Shown: positions 30,101-38,637 of the stretch, in pieces
Layout: each line of letters starts with the position of its first letter
Position numbering within the stretch: position 1 is the stretch's first letter
Origin: Promethearchaeia archaeon
GTDB taxonomy: Archaea; Asgardarchaeota; Lokiarchaeia; Sigyniarchaeales; SOKP01
Direction of reading: 5' to 3'
Length of the DNA: 64,000 nucleotides
Assembly (NCBI GenBank): GCA_029856145.1
Contig: JAHQWK010000030.1
Span: 1 to 64,000, forward strand
Notes under the pieces: generated by a model
What the model saw: only the letters and a program-made list of their open reading frames with translations
The model's database searches: none
Told to the model about the DNA's origin: nothing
Translations under genes and position numbers: made by a program

Positions 30101-30295
30101 GAAATAATAAAAGAATTTGAGGATATCAGTATTAAAGTCAATAAATCTAATATCAATGCTGCTGTATGTAAAGGTTGTGGAACATGTGCTGCAACATGCC
30201 CCGTTGGAGCTATAATGGTAAAACATTATGATTTTGATCAAATTTCTACAATGATTGATTCCTACTTATTAGAAAAGGAGGAAGTTAAGAATTAG
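27194..30295 (+). CDS. hdrA: Large double-FAD HdrA-family protein (Cys form)
   Basis: QLDKTFPTLDC, CHCG, CTPRTHE and C-terminal ferredoxin motifs. Coupled to the upstream gene by a TAATG overlap. Confidence 0.9.
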   Translation: MEGSVLVIGGGIAGIQISLDLTELGFKVYLVEKSPSIGGRMAQLDKTFPTLDCSLCILAPKMVEVFRNPNIELMTYHEVLHIDGEPGNFTAKILKKPRYVDEEKCKGCGDCANKCPKILAPNPFEMNIGKRKSVYIPFPQAVPPIYLIDSEMCLYLQKGVCQVCKKVCTAEAIDFEQKPEEFDIKVGAVVVATGFEMPAENLSSRWGYRYENVVSALEYERILCASGPFDGHVMRLSDDKEPEVIAFVQCAGSRDLHENVPFCSSVCCTYTAKQAIITQEHSDNSECYVFRHDIRAYGKNFYEFTQRAQKEYGVKYFQSKISTIKEDPDTQDLFIHYEDLKTGEFKDFRANLVVLASPLVPSKGVKELGYSLGIELDKYNFFQEKSYFDKLKSSRDGVFLCGFCQGPMDIPETVADASGVAAQIANLLNSVKFTQMKEKVFDVPEKEIKITDEPRIGVMVCHCGINIGNYVDVPRVVEYVKELQNVVVCEANLYSCSSDSQIRIKELIAEYDLNRFIVASCTPRTHESLFQETCQEGGLNKYLFELVNIRDQCSWVHMTEKEAATEKAIDLIRMHVAKSKLLKPQKEDKVDITHTALIIGGGVSGMTAALNIANQGFKAYLVEKESELGGNLKFLNVLYPVHKNALEFLRELKEKIDKNNNIQVFLNGGIKNIKGYVGNYDVVINDSNNEIHDVKIGTIIVATGGQEFKPSGLFGYNDKNKNVMTQLELEQKLQNKDHSWLDQINRVTIILCVNARQDEGITYCSNICCANSIKNVRILKELKPELEIVVIYRDLQMAKKEFEEYYRERRKDAIFLRYDLEKLPEVKKKKGTPEKFQIIVFDTNLKDNLEFETDLILLSTPMIPADNLKELAMMLKVPLDKNGFFLEAHVKLRPLDFATEGIFLCGCAQWPKNIQDSISQANGAAGRASRFLSADKITTSGLVAEVSEEKCIGCGKCEDVCPYKAISLIEIIKEFEDISIKVNKSNINAAVCKGCGTCAATCPVGAIMVKHYDFDQISTMIDSYLLEKEEVKN

Positions 30296-30311
30296 TTCTT
30301 AGGTGATAATC

Positions 30312-30746
30312 ATGTCGAAATCAAATAAGAAAGCAAAACAAGAAGGATTTGAACCCAACATTTTGGTTTTTTGTTGTAATTGGTGTAGCTATGCTGGAGC
30401 AGATTTAGCAGGGGTTTCACGATTTCAATATCCCCCCAATATCAGGATAATAAGGGTAATGTGTTCTGGACGAGTAGATCCTTCATTTGTGTTAAAAGCT
30501 TTAAAGAACGGTGTTGATGGAGTCCTTGTAAGTGGATGCCATATAGGCGATTGTCATTATATTACAGGAAATGAATATACACAGGAAAGATTTGAAAGAC
30601 TACATTCAATTTTAATAAAACAATTGGGAGTAGATCCTAAACGAGTACGACTAGAATGGGTAAGTGCGTCTGAAGGAAAGAGATTTGCTGAAGTAATAAC
30701 AGAATTTACTAATCAAATTAAAGAATTAGGGCCATTAAGACCTTAG
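30312..30746 (+). CDS. mvhD: MvhD [2Fe-2S] subunit (Cys form)
   Basis: CCNWCSYAGADLAG and GCHIGDCHY motifs. SD AGGTGA precedes ATG 30312. Confidence 0.93.
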   Translation: MSKSNKKAKQEGFEPNILVFCCNWCSYAGADLAGVSRFQYPPNIRIIRVMCSGRVDPSFVLKALKNGVDGVLVSGCHIGDCHYITGNEYTQERFERLHSILIKQLGVDPKRVRLEWVSASEGKRFAEVITEFTNQIKELGPLRP

Positions 30747-30968
30747 TATTTCTAATGCTTCATTGATAGGTAAATGATTTAACTTAATTGCTTTATTATA
30801 ATGTTTTTTGCAAAACCATTCCGCGTTTGGTGGATGTCCTACGCCTCCAATTTTTTCCATTCTTTTTTCCCATTCTATATCAGATGGACGTTTCTTAAAG
30901 TATATCAACCCGCCATCATCCATATCCACTAATTTCTTATCACATATTCTACATATAGGGGGTTTCAT
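30735..30968 (-). CDS. Small putative zinc-binding protein
   Basis: CRIC...GHPP...WFCKKH, ATG start. Confidence 0.65.
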   Translation of the reverse strand: MKPPICRICDKKLVDMDDGGLIYFKKRPSDIEWEKRMEKIGGVGHPPNAEWFCKKHYNKAIKLNHLPINEALEILRS

Positions 30969-31078
30969 AATATCAATTTTTTAAACATTTATTTAATATT
31001 TTATTATTGATAAAAGAAATTTAAATTAAATTATCTAATTTTTAAGTAATTTAAGTTAAATTTCATGAGTTGATCAAT

Positions 31079-31816
31079 ATGGAAAAAAAATATCAATTTA
31101 TCAATATTGAGAAGAAAGGTAAAATCTCAATAATTAAATTTAATCGCGCAGAAAAGAAAAATGCTTTAAGTGAAACTATGAGAGCAGAAATTATTGAAGC
31201 TTTAAATTCACTTAAAGATGAAAAAAGAGTTAAAGCTGTAATTTTTTATGGAGGAGAAGAATTCTTTTCCGCTGGATTTGATAGAGATGAAGTACAAGCA
31301 ATTGTACAAGGAAAGGGGGATTACCAGCAATTTATCGATTCTAATCATCTTTTTCATCAGACAATTTTTGAGTTTCCGAAATTATTAATTGCTGCCATCA
31401 ATGGGTATGCTCTAGCAGGAGCATTTGACCTTGCTGTTATTTGTCACCTTCGGGTTGCTTCAAAAGGTTCACTTTTTGGACATCCTGAGATAAGATTCGG
31501 TGCATGTCCTTTGTTTTTTCCCTATATGACACTTGTGGGGCGCGGAAAAGCTCTAGAACTTACATTAAATACAGGAAATCGAGAAACTTTTCTCACCGCT
31601 GATGAAGCTTATCGTTTGAACATTATAAATAAATTAGTTGAAAAAAGAGAGGTTTTAAATGAAGCAATTAATTTGGCAAAACAAATCACTCAATCACCTG
31701 AATATGTTATAAAACAATTGCTTCAAGTAAACAATATTTTCTTCGATCAAGTTAAAATATTTGACACTGAAATCAAAACCATCCTTAAAAGTATGAGTAC
31801 GTTATTAGGGATTTAA
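31079..31816 (+). CDS. Enoyl-CoA hydratase/isomerase family protein
   Basis: NRAEKKNALS, FSAGFD, AAINGYALAGA and FGHPEIRFG motifs. Confidence 0.9.
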   Translation: MEKKYQFINIEKKGKISIIKFNRAEKKNALSETMRAEIIEALNSLKDEKRVKAVIFYGGEEFFSAGFDRDEVQAIVQGKGDYQQFIDSNHLFHQTIFEFPKLLIAAINGYALAGAFDLAVICHLRVASKGSLFGHPEIRFGACPLFFPYMTLVGRGKALELTLNTGNRETFLTADEAYRLNIINKLVEKREVLNEAINLAKQITQSPEYVIKQLLQVNNIFFDQVKIFDTEIKTILKSMSTLLGI

Positions 31817-31916
31817 ATTCCTTTTTTTTTACATTTTATTCCTAAATTTACAAAAAGTATATTATTTTTTTTAAATAAATGATATAAAAGAAGAAATATT
31901 TTGAGATGATTATTCT

Positions 31917-32900
31917 ATTAGAGCTGCTGTTATTGAAGATATCCAAAAATTAGTATATAAGGAGGATTATCCAAAACCTATTCCGGGTCCAGAGGAAGCC
32001 TTGGTTAAAGTTCATTACTGTGGAATTTGTGGAAGCGATATTACAAATTTCAAGTATAAAATGTATAATTTTCCATTAATAATGGGACATGAAATCACAG
32101 GTGTCGTTGAAGAAATTGGAGAAAATATTTCGAATGTAAAGGTGGGAGATAGAGTTATCTGTGTGAACGTATCACTTGATGTTAGCCAAGGTCAATTAAA
32201 AGGGATGGGTATGTTTCAAGATGGGGGTTTTGCTGAATATGTAAAAGTTCCAAAGATATCTTTATTTCCAATACCTGCAAATACTACAATTAAAGATGCT
32301 GTAATGGTAGAAACATTTGCATTAATAATGAGAGCTTTTAAACTTTCGAAAATTGAGAAAGGGGAAAATGTGCTTATTATTGGAGGCGGAAATGTTGGGT
32401 TAGCAGCTCTCAAGACATTATTAATTGAAAAAAGTCCTAATTATGTTGTTGTAGTTGAACCCAATGAGTTTTTAAGGAAAGAGGCTTTAGCAATGGGAGC
32501 AACTGATGCGGTTGGTACAAGTCGAGCTAAAGTAAAAAAGGCTACTAAAAAGCTTGGAACACCTAATTTTATATTTGATTGTGTTGGAAATGAAGAAACA
32601 ATATCTAATGCTGTCAATTTCATTAAAAAAGGCGGTACGATCCTACTAGAAGGAATTCATAAAGGAAGCATAACATTCCCTTTGTTTATGTTAAATTCTA
32701 AAGAGGTCACCTTGAAAGGATGTCTAGGTCATGATCGAGATGACATAATAGCTGCTATTGATTTGTTTGCTAAGAATAAAGTTGATGCTAATGAATTTAT
32801 TTCTGAAGTGATTCGTTTAGAAGATATGCAGAAAACATTTGAAAGATTTCTAAAACCGAGTGGTCGGAATTTTGTTAAAATTTTAGTCGATATCAAGTAA
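31917..32900 (+). CDS. Zinc-binding alcohol dehydrogenase (MDR family), probable ATT start
   Basis: CGICGSD, GHE and GGGNVG motifs. The frame extends upstream of TTG 32001 as (I)RAAVIEDIQKLVYKEDYPKPIPGPEEALVKV, bounded by in-frame TGA 31902. Confidence 0.85.
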   Translation: MRAAVIEDIQKLVYKEDYPKPIPGPEEALVKVHYCGICGSDITNFKYKMYNFPLIMGHEITGVVEEIGENISNVKVGDRVICVNVSLDVSQGQLKGMGMFQDGGFAEYVKVPKISLFPIPANTTIKDAVMVETFALIMRAFKLSKIEKGENVLIIGGGNVGLAALKTLLIEKSPNYVVVVEPNEFLRKEALAMGATDAVGTSRAKVKKATKKLGTPNFIFDCVGNEETISNAVNFIKKGGTILLEGIHKGSITFPLFMLNSKEVTLKGCLGHDRDDIIAAIDLFAKNKVDANEFISEVIRLEDMQKTFERFLKPSGRNFVKILVDIK

Positions 32901-33038
32901 TTTTTTACTCGAAATTATCTTTTTTATGATTTTAATGTAATGATGAGAAAAGATATATAGATTAAAAAACAAGCAATTATTTCTGAAACTATTGCTTAAT
33001 ATACATATTATCAAGATTAACCTCTATGTAAGATCATC

Positions 33039-33995
33039 ATGTCATTTAAAGGGATACAGAACGCTTATAAGAGAATTAAATCACATGCTAACAAAACCCC
33101 AGTAATGACATCTAGCACGTTAAATAAAATAACAAATGCTAAAATCTATTTTAAGTGTGAAAACTTTCAGAAAGTAGGTGCTTTTAAGTTCCGCGGAGCT
33201 TTTAATGCATTAAGTATGCTTACAAATGATCAAAAGAAGCGTGGTGTTATAACACATTCCAGTGGAAATCATGCTCAAGCTGTTGCCTTAGCAGCATCAA
33301 TTTTAGGGATTGTTGCGACTATTGTAATGCCAAAAGGAGCCCCGAAGAACAAAATAAATGCAACAAAAGGATACAATGCTAAAATTGAATTTTGTGAGAA
33401 TACACTCGAAGCGAGAGTTCAAAAAACAGAAGATATAATAAAACAAAAGAAACGTATTTTAATTCATCCATATGATAATGATACTATTATTAATGGTCAA
33501 GGAACTGCGGCTTATGAATTAATTGAAGAGGTTAGTAAATTAGATATTGTCATTACTCCACTTGGAGGTGGAGGTTTATTAAGTGGGACAGTTATCGCTA
33601 CTAAAGGTTTATGTCCAAATGCAAGAGTTATTGGAGTTGAACCATCATTAGCAGATGATGCGCTTAGGTCACTTAAAGCGGGTTATATCATACCAAGTAC
33701 CTATCCAGATACTATAGCTGATGGTTTACGTACTTCTCTTTGTGAAAGAACATTCAATATCATTCGAAAAAATGTTGATGATATAATAACTGTTTCTGAA
33801 ATGGAGATAATCGAAGCAATGAGATTTCTCTGGGAGCGTATGAAGATTGTCGTAGAACCTTCAGGAGCAGTTCCATTAGCAGCTATATTATCAAAAAAAG
33901 TCTCAGTAGAAAGTAAAAAGATCGGAGTGATTTTGAGTGGTGGCAATATTGATGTTGAACCTTTCTTTCAATTATTAGAAAAAAAAATTGTATGA
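33039..33995 (+). CDS. PLP-dependent threonine/serine dehydratase (serine racemase-like)
   Basis: KCENFQKVGAFKFRGA, SSGNHAQ, GGGGL and SGGN motifs. Confidence 0.9.
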   Translation: MSFKGIQNAYKRIKSHANKTPVMTSSTLNKITNAKIYFKCENFQKVGAFKFRGAFNALSMLTNDQKKRGVITHSSGNHAQAVALAASILGIVATIVMPKGAPKNKINATKGYNAKIEFCENTLEARVQKTEDIIKQKKRILIHPYDNDTIINGQGTAAYELIEEVSKLDIVITPLGGGGLLSGTVIATKGLCPNARVIGVEPSLADDALRSLKAGYIIPSTYPDTIADGLRTSLCERTFNIIRKNVDDIITVSEMEIIEAMRFLWERMKIVVEPSGAVPLAAILSKKVSVESKKIGVILSGGNIDVEPFFQLLEKKIV

Positions 33996-33998
33996 ATT

Positions 33999-35273
33999 AT
34001 GTTAGACTCACTAAGTAAATTATTTAAAAACATAGAACTTTCTTGGATTGATTCAGTAGCTAATATTGATAGTTCTGATGAGTTTTCTGATCTTATCTCA
34101 ATATTTCCAAACTTAGAGAGAATTTTTCAAGACGCTCGAGAGAAAAATAGAGATGAAATTCAAAGAACAATAAGACACATATTTAGATCGTATAAAATTT
34201 TCTTTTTGATAAAAAGTGGAAAGTTCTCTCATGAAACTCTTTCACAAGAATCTATAACTAAAATCCGAGAAAAAGTTTTGAATCAACATTCTAAAAACCA
34301 GTTAATCATCCCAATAATTTTAATGTATCATGATATTGGAAGATATGTTGATAATAAAAAACATCCATATCATAGTTATAATCTTATATCACGCATGGAT
34401 TTGCTTGAACTATTTGAGCTTTCAGATATCGAGAAATTACTTATCAAAAATATAGTCCACTATCACTTACTTATTGCTACTATATATACCGGAGAATCTA
34501 CTTTTTATGGAATCTATTCACTATTTAATGATCCTGAATTCATTAAGCTCCTCTCATATGAAAATATCATTAACAGATTCATTGATCTCTTAGAAGTTTT
34601 TACATATATTGATATTCTTGGCTACTATTATACTAAAATCTTTGACCATTACATTAAGTATTATGATGAGATCAGTTCAAAATTGAAGATGATTTTGAGG
34701 TTTTTACCAGATAAAGAGTTGGCTTTAAAGAAAGCAAAAGAATATTCACATGAATGGTTAGAATGGAGGCTTGCAGGTGCCCTTAGAATATTCCAATTTG
34801 TTGAAACAAAACCACATTTAACCAAAGAATTTTATTACAATAAATTAAAAGAAAGTATAAAGGAATGTGGTAATCAACTACTCAGTGAACTCAATTGGGA
34901 TTCATTAAAAGATCAATATTTAACCCATTCTTATAAAATTCAAATGAGATATTCTCTAGCTTTGTTAATGATTCTAGCATTTGGGAGCTTTCAACGCATG
35001 GGATTAAAAATTAATACTGGTGTTTCATACAAATTAATTTTATTTTGGACTCTGCTTTCTAAAGAAGTAAAATCAAGATCCGGAAATAATTCTAAATCTC
35101 TATGGAACGTATTTTTAGAGGGCATACCTCATTGGTCAAAAATTGATAAATCATTTATTGAAAAAATAAATGAGGACAAGATCGAAATTATAATTCATAA
35201 CGCCAACCATGAATTTGATGAAACTAAAGGAGAATTTACCTTATACTTAGATTTTAATCAAGTTGCCAATTAA
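33999..35273 (+). CDS. Hypothetical protein with HD-domain-like motif
   Basis: RHI...MYHDIGRY...HPYHS...VHYH...DILG pattern. Confidence 0.55.
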   Translation: MLDSLSKLFKNIELSWIDSVANIDSSDEFSDLISIFPNLERIFQDAREKNRDEIQRTIRHIFRSYKIFFLIKSGKFSHETLSQESITKIREKVLNQHSKNQLIIPIILMYHDIGRYVDNKKHPYHSYNLISRMDLLELFELSDIEKLLIKNIVHYHLLIATIYTGESTFYGIYSLFNDPEFIKLLSYENIINRFIDLLEVFTYIDILGYYYTKIFDHYIKYYDEISSKLKMILRFLPDKELALKKAKEYSHEWLEWRLAGALRIFQFVETKPHLTKEFYYNKLKESIKECGNQLLSELNWDSLKDQYLTHSYKIQMRYSLALLMILAFGSFQRMGLKINTGVSYKLILFWTLLSKEVKSRSGNNSKSLWNVFLEGIPHWSKIDKSFIEKINEDKIEIIIHNANHEFDETKGEFTLYLDFNQVAN

Positions 35274-35429
35274 ATCATCCAATTCTTCAAAGCTTTCCGA
35301 TTACACAAATTAATTAATTACATTTTCTTCAAACATTTTTTACTTTTTTTTCTAGTTAAACTTTTAGAATAAGAAGGATTTTTTTCACTTGAAAAAAGAA
35401 TAATTATTTTCTTTAGAACAACAATTGGA

Positions 35430-36479
35430 TTGGTTGCATTGTCGGATATATTTAATAGATCAGTGGAAAAAAACCCCTCTGAGTTTTTATGCGTTGTATA
35501 TGTCATGTTTTTCGATGAAAAACGTGGACAGGTACCTTTATTAATGTATCCTGACGACAGACTTAGAAACGATAAAAGATACATGCGACCAGTAAATTAT
35601 CATCCGGTCTGGTTTTTAGAGACTGAAGAACTTGATCACATTGATTTGGAATATAAAGGGTATGCATTTTTTGGGAAAAAATTTCTTGTAAAATCAGAAA
35701 GACCAAAACGTAGGGCTGGACTTGAGGAGGAAAGTCCAGAGACGATCGTTATTATTGTTTCTCTTCCTGTTGAAATAGAGATTTTTGGTGATGATCTCAT
35801 TAAAGTATTGACGGAAAAATTACGTGAGAACTTCGAAGATCAGGTATCTGACGTCATAGAAAGCGAGATTGCTTCTGAAACTGTGATAAAGACACCGAAA
35901 ATTCAAGAACGTATATCTAAAGGAACTAAAATTAAGGTATTTATGAGGGAATTAATTGACAAGACTATTAAAGGATATTTTTCAAAAACTATTGAAAAAA
36001 GATCTGAATCCCCTTCTCTTAAAAACCAAAAAGCAATTTCTTATTTCTCTCTAAAGGGTTTTGAGTTTTCTCCTCTTAGTAGTTTAAAAGGAGAAAGTGG
36101 ATTTGCTGATGTAGATCTTTTTGATCCTATAAAAAAAATAAGTGAAGAGCTTGCAACCAAACCTTTACTTTCAGTTACTAACATTAATTATATTGAGAAT
36201 AGCCAAGAACTTGAAATTACAGTTCAAAATAATATAGATAAGGAATTGAAAAATTTAGCTATAACAATAACACATATCAAAGATTATTTTGAAAAAGAAG
36301 TAATGCATCAAGAGGTTAACTTTTGGTTCCCTCAAGAGGAGCTCTTGTTTGTTACACCAATAGTTCCTCATATTGATGAATATTTGTTTTCTATTAAGAA
36401 AGAAGATGATAGTGGGAATGATCTAAAGGTCTTTACCCAAAGAATTGATTTAAAATTAATTAATAAAATAACAAGTTAA
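35430..36479 (+). CDS. Putative uDENN/longin-like protein
   Basis: N-terminal VVYVMFFDEKRGQVPLLMYP resembles the FDxxxGxxxxxxYP start of DENN/AVL9-type longin domains. Confidence 0.5.
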   Translation: MVALSDIFNRSVEKNPSEFLCVVYVMFFDEKRGQVPLLMYPDDRLRNDKRYMRPVNYHPVWFLETEELDHIDLEYKGYAFFGKKFLVKSERPKRRAGLEEESPETIVIIVSLPVEIEIFGDDLIKVLTEKLRENFEDQVSDVIESEIASETVIKTPKIQERISKGTKIKVFMRELIDKTIKGYFSKTIEKRSESPSLKNQKAISYFSLKGFEFSPLSSLKGESGFADVDLFDPIKKISEELATKPLLSVTNINYIENSQELEITVQNNIDKELKNLAITITHIKDYFEKEVMHQEVNFWFPQEELLFVTPIVPHIDEYLFSIKKEDDSGNDLKVFTQRIDLKLINKITS

Positions 36480-36481
36480 AG

Positions 36482-36970
36482 ATGGAAAGTATAATGTCAA
36501 ATGATGAAATTAAAGAAGAAGATATTATAATCAGGAATTATCGTACTTCAGATTATCAAGTAACTTTAGAAATTTTAAAAGAGCTTCAGGATCAGTATGA
36601 TATCGGCTTTAGTGAACAACAATGGAGAGAATCTTCAGGATTAAGGCAATTTAAACCAAATCTAAAGCGAATCACATTAATTGCGGAATTAAAATCTACA
36701 GGTCAAGTTGTAAGTATGGGAATGGTTGAAGCAGTAAAAAATACACTTGGACGCTATATTGGTTATTTAGACAATTGGGCTACTAAAAAAGAATTTATTG
36801 GTAAAGGTATAGGTAAACTTTTAGCAGACAGAGCTACTCAAATTCTCGAGTCATGGGGTTGCGATTCTATCAGAATTAACCTTGCATATAAATCAACAAA
36901 AAAATTACTTGATGTTTTTGGTAAAGCAGGTTTTCAACCAATTATTACCATACTTGAAAAAAGGTTTTAG
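36482..36970 (+). CDS. GNAT family N-acetyltransferase
   Basis: IIIRNY and KEFIGKGIGKLL (motif A). Confidence 0.8.
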   Translation: MESIMSNDEIKEEDIIIRNYRTSDYQVTLEILKELQDQYDIGFSEQQWRESSGLRQFKPNLKRITLIAELKSTGQVVSMGMVEAVKNTLGRYIGYLDNWATKKEFIGKGIGKLLADRATQILESWGCDSIRINLAYKSTKKLLDVFGKAGFQPIITILEKRF

Positions 36971-36974
36971 GTTA

Positions 36975-38351
36975 TTAAAGAGTAAGTTGTTCGAATCTAG
37001 CCTGGAAAAACCGCAAATGTTTAGGCTCAAAAACCATTTTCAAGCCAGGTATGGTATCTCTCTTCTCATAGAGTCTAGCTATAGAATCCGCGATATATTC
37101 CATATGCGTATTAGTATAAACTCTACGTGGAATTGTAAGTCTAACAAGTTCTAATTTTGGAAATATATTATCACCCGTTTCTTTATCTCTGCCTTTAGAG
37201 ACGGCCCCTCTTTCCATAGTCCTAACAGCGGAGTCTTCATAGATGGCAGCTGAAAGAGTTTGTGCTGGCCATTGGTCCCGTGGAAGGTGAGGCAAGAATT
37301 TTAAAGCATCAAGAAAGACACCATGACCACCAATTGGTTTTACTATAGAAACTCCCGCTTTCATCAATAACTCGCCTAAATAACGCACTTGATTAATTCG
37401 ATATTTCAGATACTCATAATCAGCACCTTCCCTTAAGCCACGAGCAACGGCTTCCAGATCTCGGCCCGCAAGCCCACCATAGGTATGAAGCCCTTCAAAT
37501 AAAACAACCATCCCCCTCGTATAATCGAAAATATCTTTACTATGGGTTGCTAAAAAGCCTCCAATATTCACTAGACAATCCTTCTTCGCACTGTATATAC
37601 ACCCATCCGAATAGCTCATCATTTCTCTTAGTATATCGATAATGGGCGTACTTTCATAACCTTTTTCTCGCTCTCTAATAAAGTAAGCATTTTCACTTGA
37701 CCTAGTGGCGTCGAATATTATTTTTAGTTTATATTCATCACAGTATTCTTTTAATTTTCTCAAGTTCTTCATTGAGACTGGCTGTCCAGCTGCCATGTTA
37801 ACGTTTAATTCCACGTTTACAAACGCAATCTTTTCTGGTCCATACTCATCAATTAGATTTTGAAGCTTTTTAAAATCAATATCTCCTTTAAAAGGATTTT
37901 CATTCTCAGGATCATGAGCGTCATCAATAATAACATCAAGCATGGTTCCTCCTGCTAATTCTACATGAGCTTTTGAGGTCGTGAAATACATGTTTCTAGG
38001 AACAATTTGTCCAGGATTAGTAAGATGACCATACATTAAATGTTCAGCACCACGTCCTTGATGAGTAGGTACAACATATTTATACCCTAAAACATCTTGT
38101 ATTGCTTTTTCAAGGTTATAAAAGTTTTTACTGCCTGCGTATGCCTCATCTCCGAGCATAATGCCTGCCCATTGGTTATCAGACATAGCAGTAGTTCCAG
38201 AATCTGTTAATAAATCAATAAATACATCATCAGAATAAAGTAAGAATGTATTAAATCCAGCTTCTCTAATTGCTTCTTTTCTCCTCTTTTCAGAGGGTAT
38301 TTTTACATGTTCGATCATCTTAATCTTAAAAGGTTCAACGGGACCATTCAC
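36975..38351 (-). CDS. tpl: Tyrosine phenol-lyase (beta-eliminating lyase family)
   Basis: IDLLTDSGT, THQGRGAE and SAKKD (PLP lysine). MERG and LRFF motifs favour TPL over tryptophanase (VEIG/LRHF). Confidence 0.8.
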   Translation of the reverse strand: MNGPVEPFKIKMIEHVKIPSEKRRKEAIREAGFNTFLLYSDDVFIDLLTDSGTTAMSDNQWAGIMLGDEAYAGSKNFYNLEKAIQDVLGYKYVVPTHQGRGAEHLMYGHLTNPGQIVPRNMYFTTSKAHVELAGGTMLDVIIDDAHDPENENPFKGDIDFKKLQNLIDEYGPEKIAFVNVELNVNMAAGQPVSMKNLRKLKEYCDEYKLKIIFDATRSSENAYFIREREKGYESTPIIDILREMMSYSDGCIYSAKKDCLVNIGGFLATHSKDIFDYTRGMVVLFEGLHTYGGLAGRDLEAVARGLREGADYEYLKYRINQVRYLGELLMKAGVSIVKPIGGHGVFLDALKFLPHLPRDQWPAQTLSAAIYEDSAVRTMERGAVSKGRDKETGDNIFPKLELVRLTIPRRVYTNTHMEYIADSIARLYEKRDTIPGLKMVFEPKHLRFFQARFEQLTL

Positions 38352-38637
38352 AATAATTCTCCCTCAAAATTTTTTTTATTTAATTAGATAATTATATCAC
38401 AACTGAAAAATATTTCTGTAATGCCTTACCCACTTGTTTCCCCTATAAATACGATAATGACCAGTATTAACAATTGAGGTAAAATTCAGAAGAATAGAAC
38501 TAGAAAACAATAATTACTTATGTGTAAAATTTTGATTATTAAATTTCTCACTCTGATTTAATGAAATATATTAATTTTAAAAAATTCAAAATTATAATAT
38601 AAATTAATTTTCAAAATAAAAAGGGAGAAAAAATAAA

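Noticed and set aside
38478-38566. Partial matches (GGTAAAATTCAGA; CTCTGATTTAATGAAA) to the LVIVD-flanking repeat
   Set aside because: Fragmented, separated and AT-rich, so probably chance.
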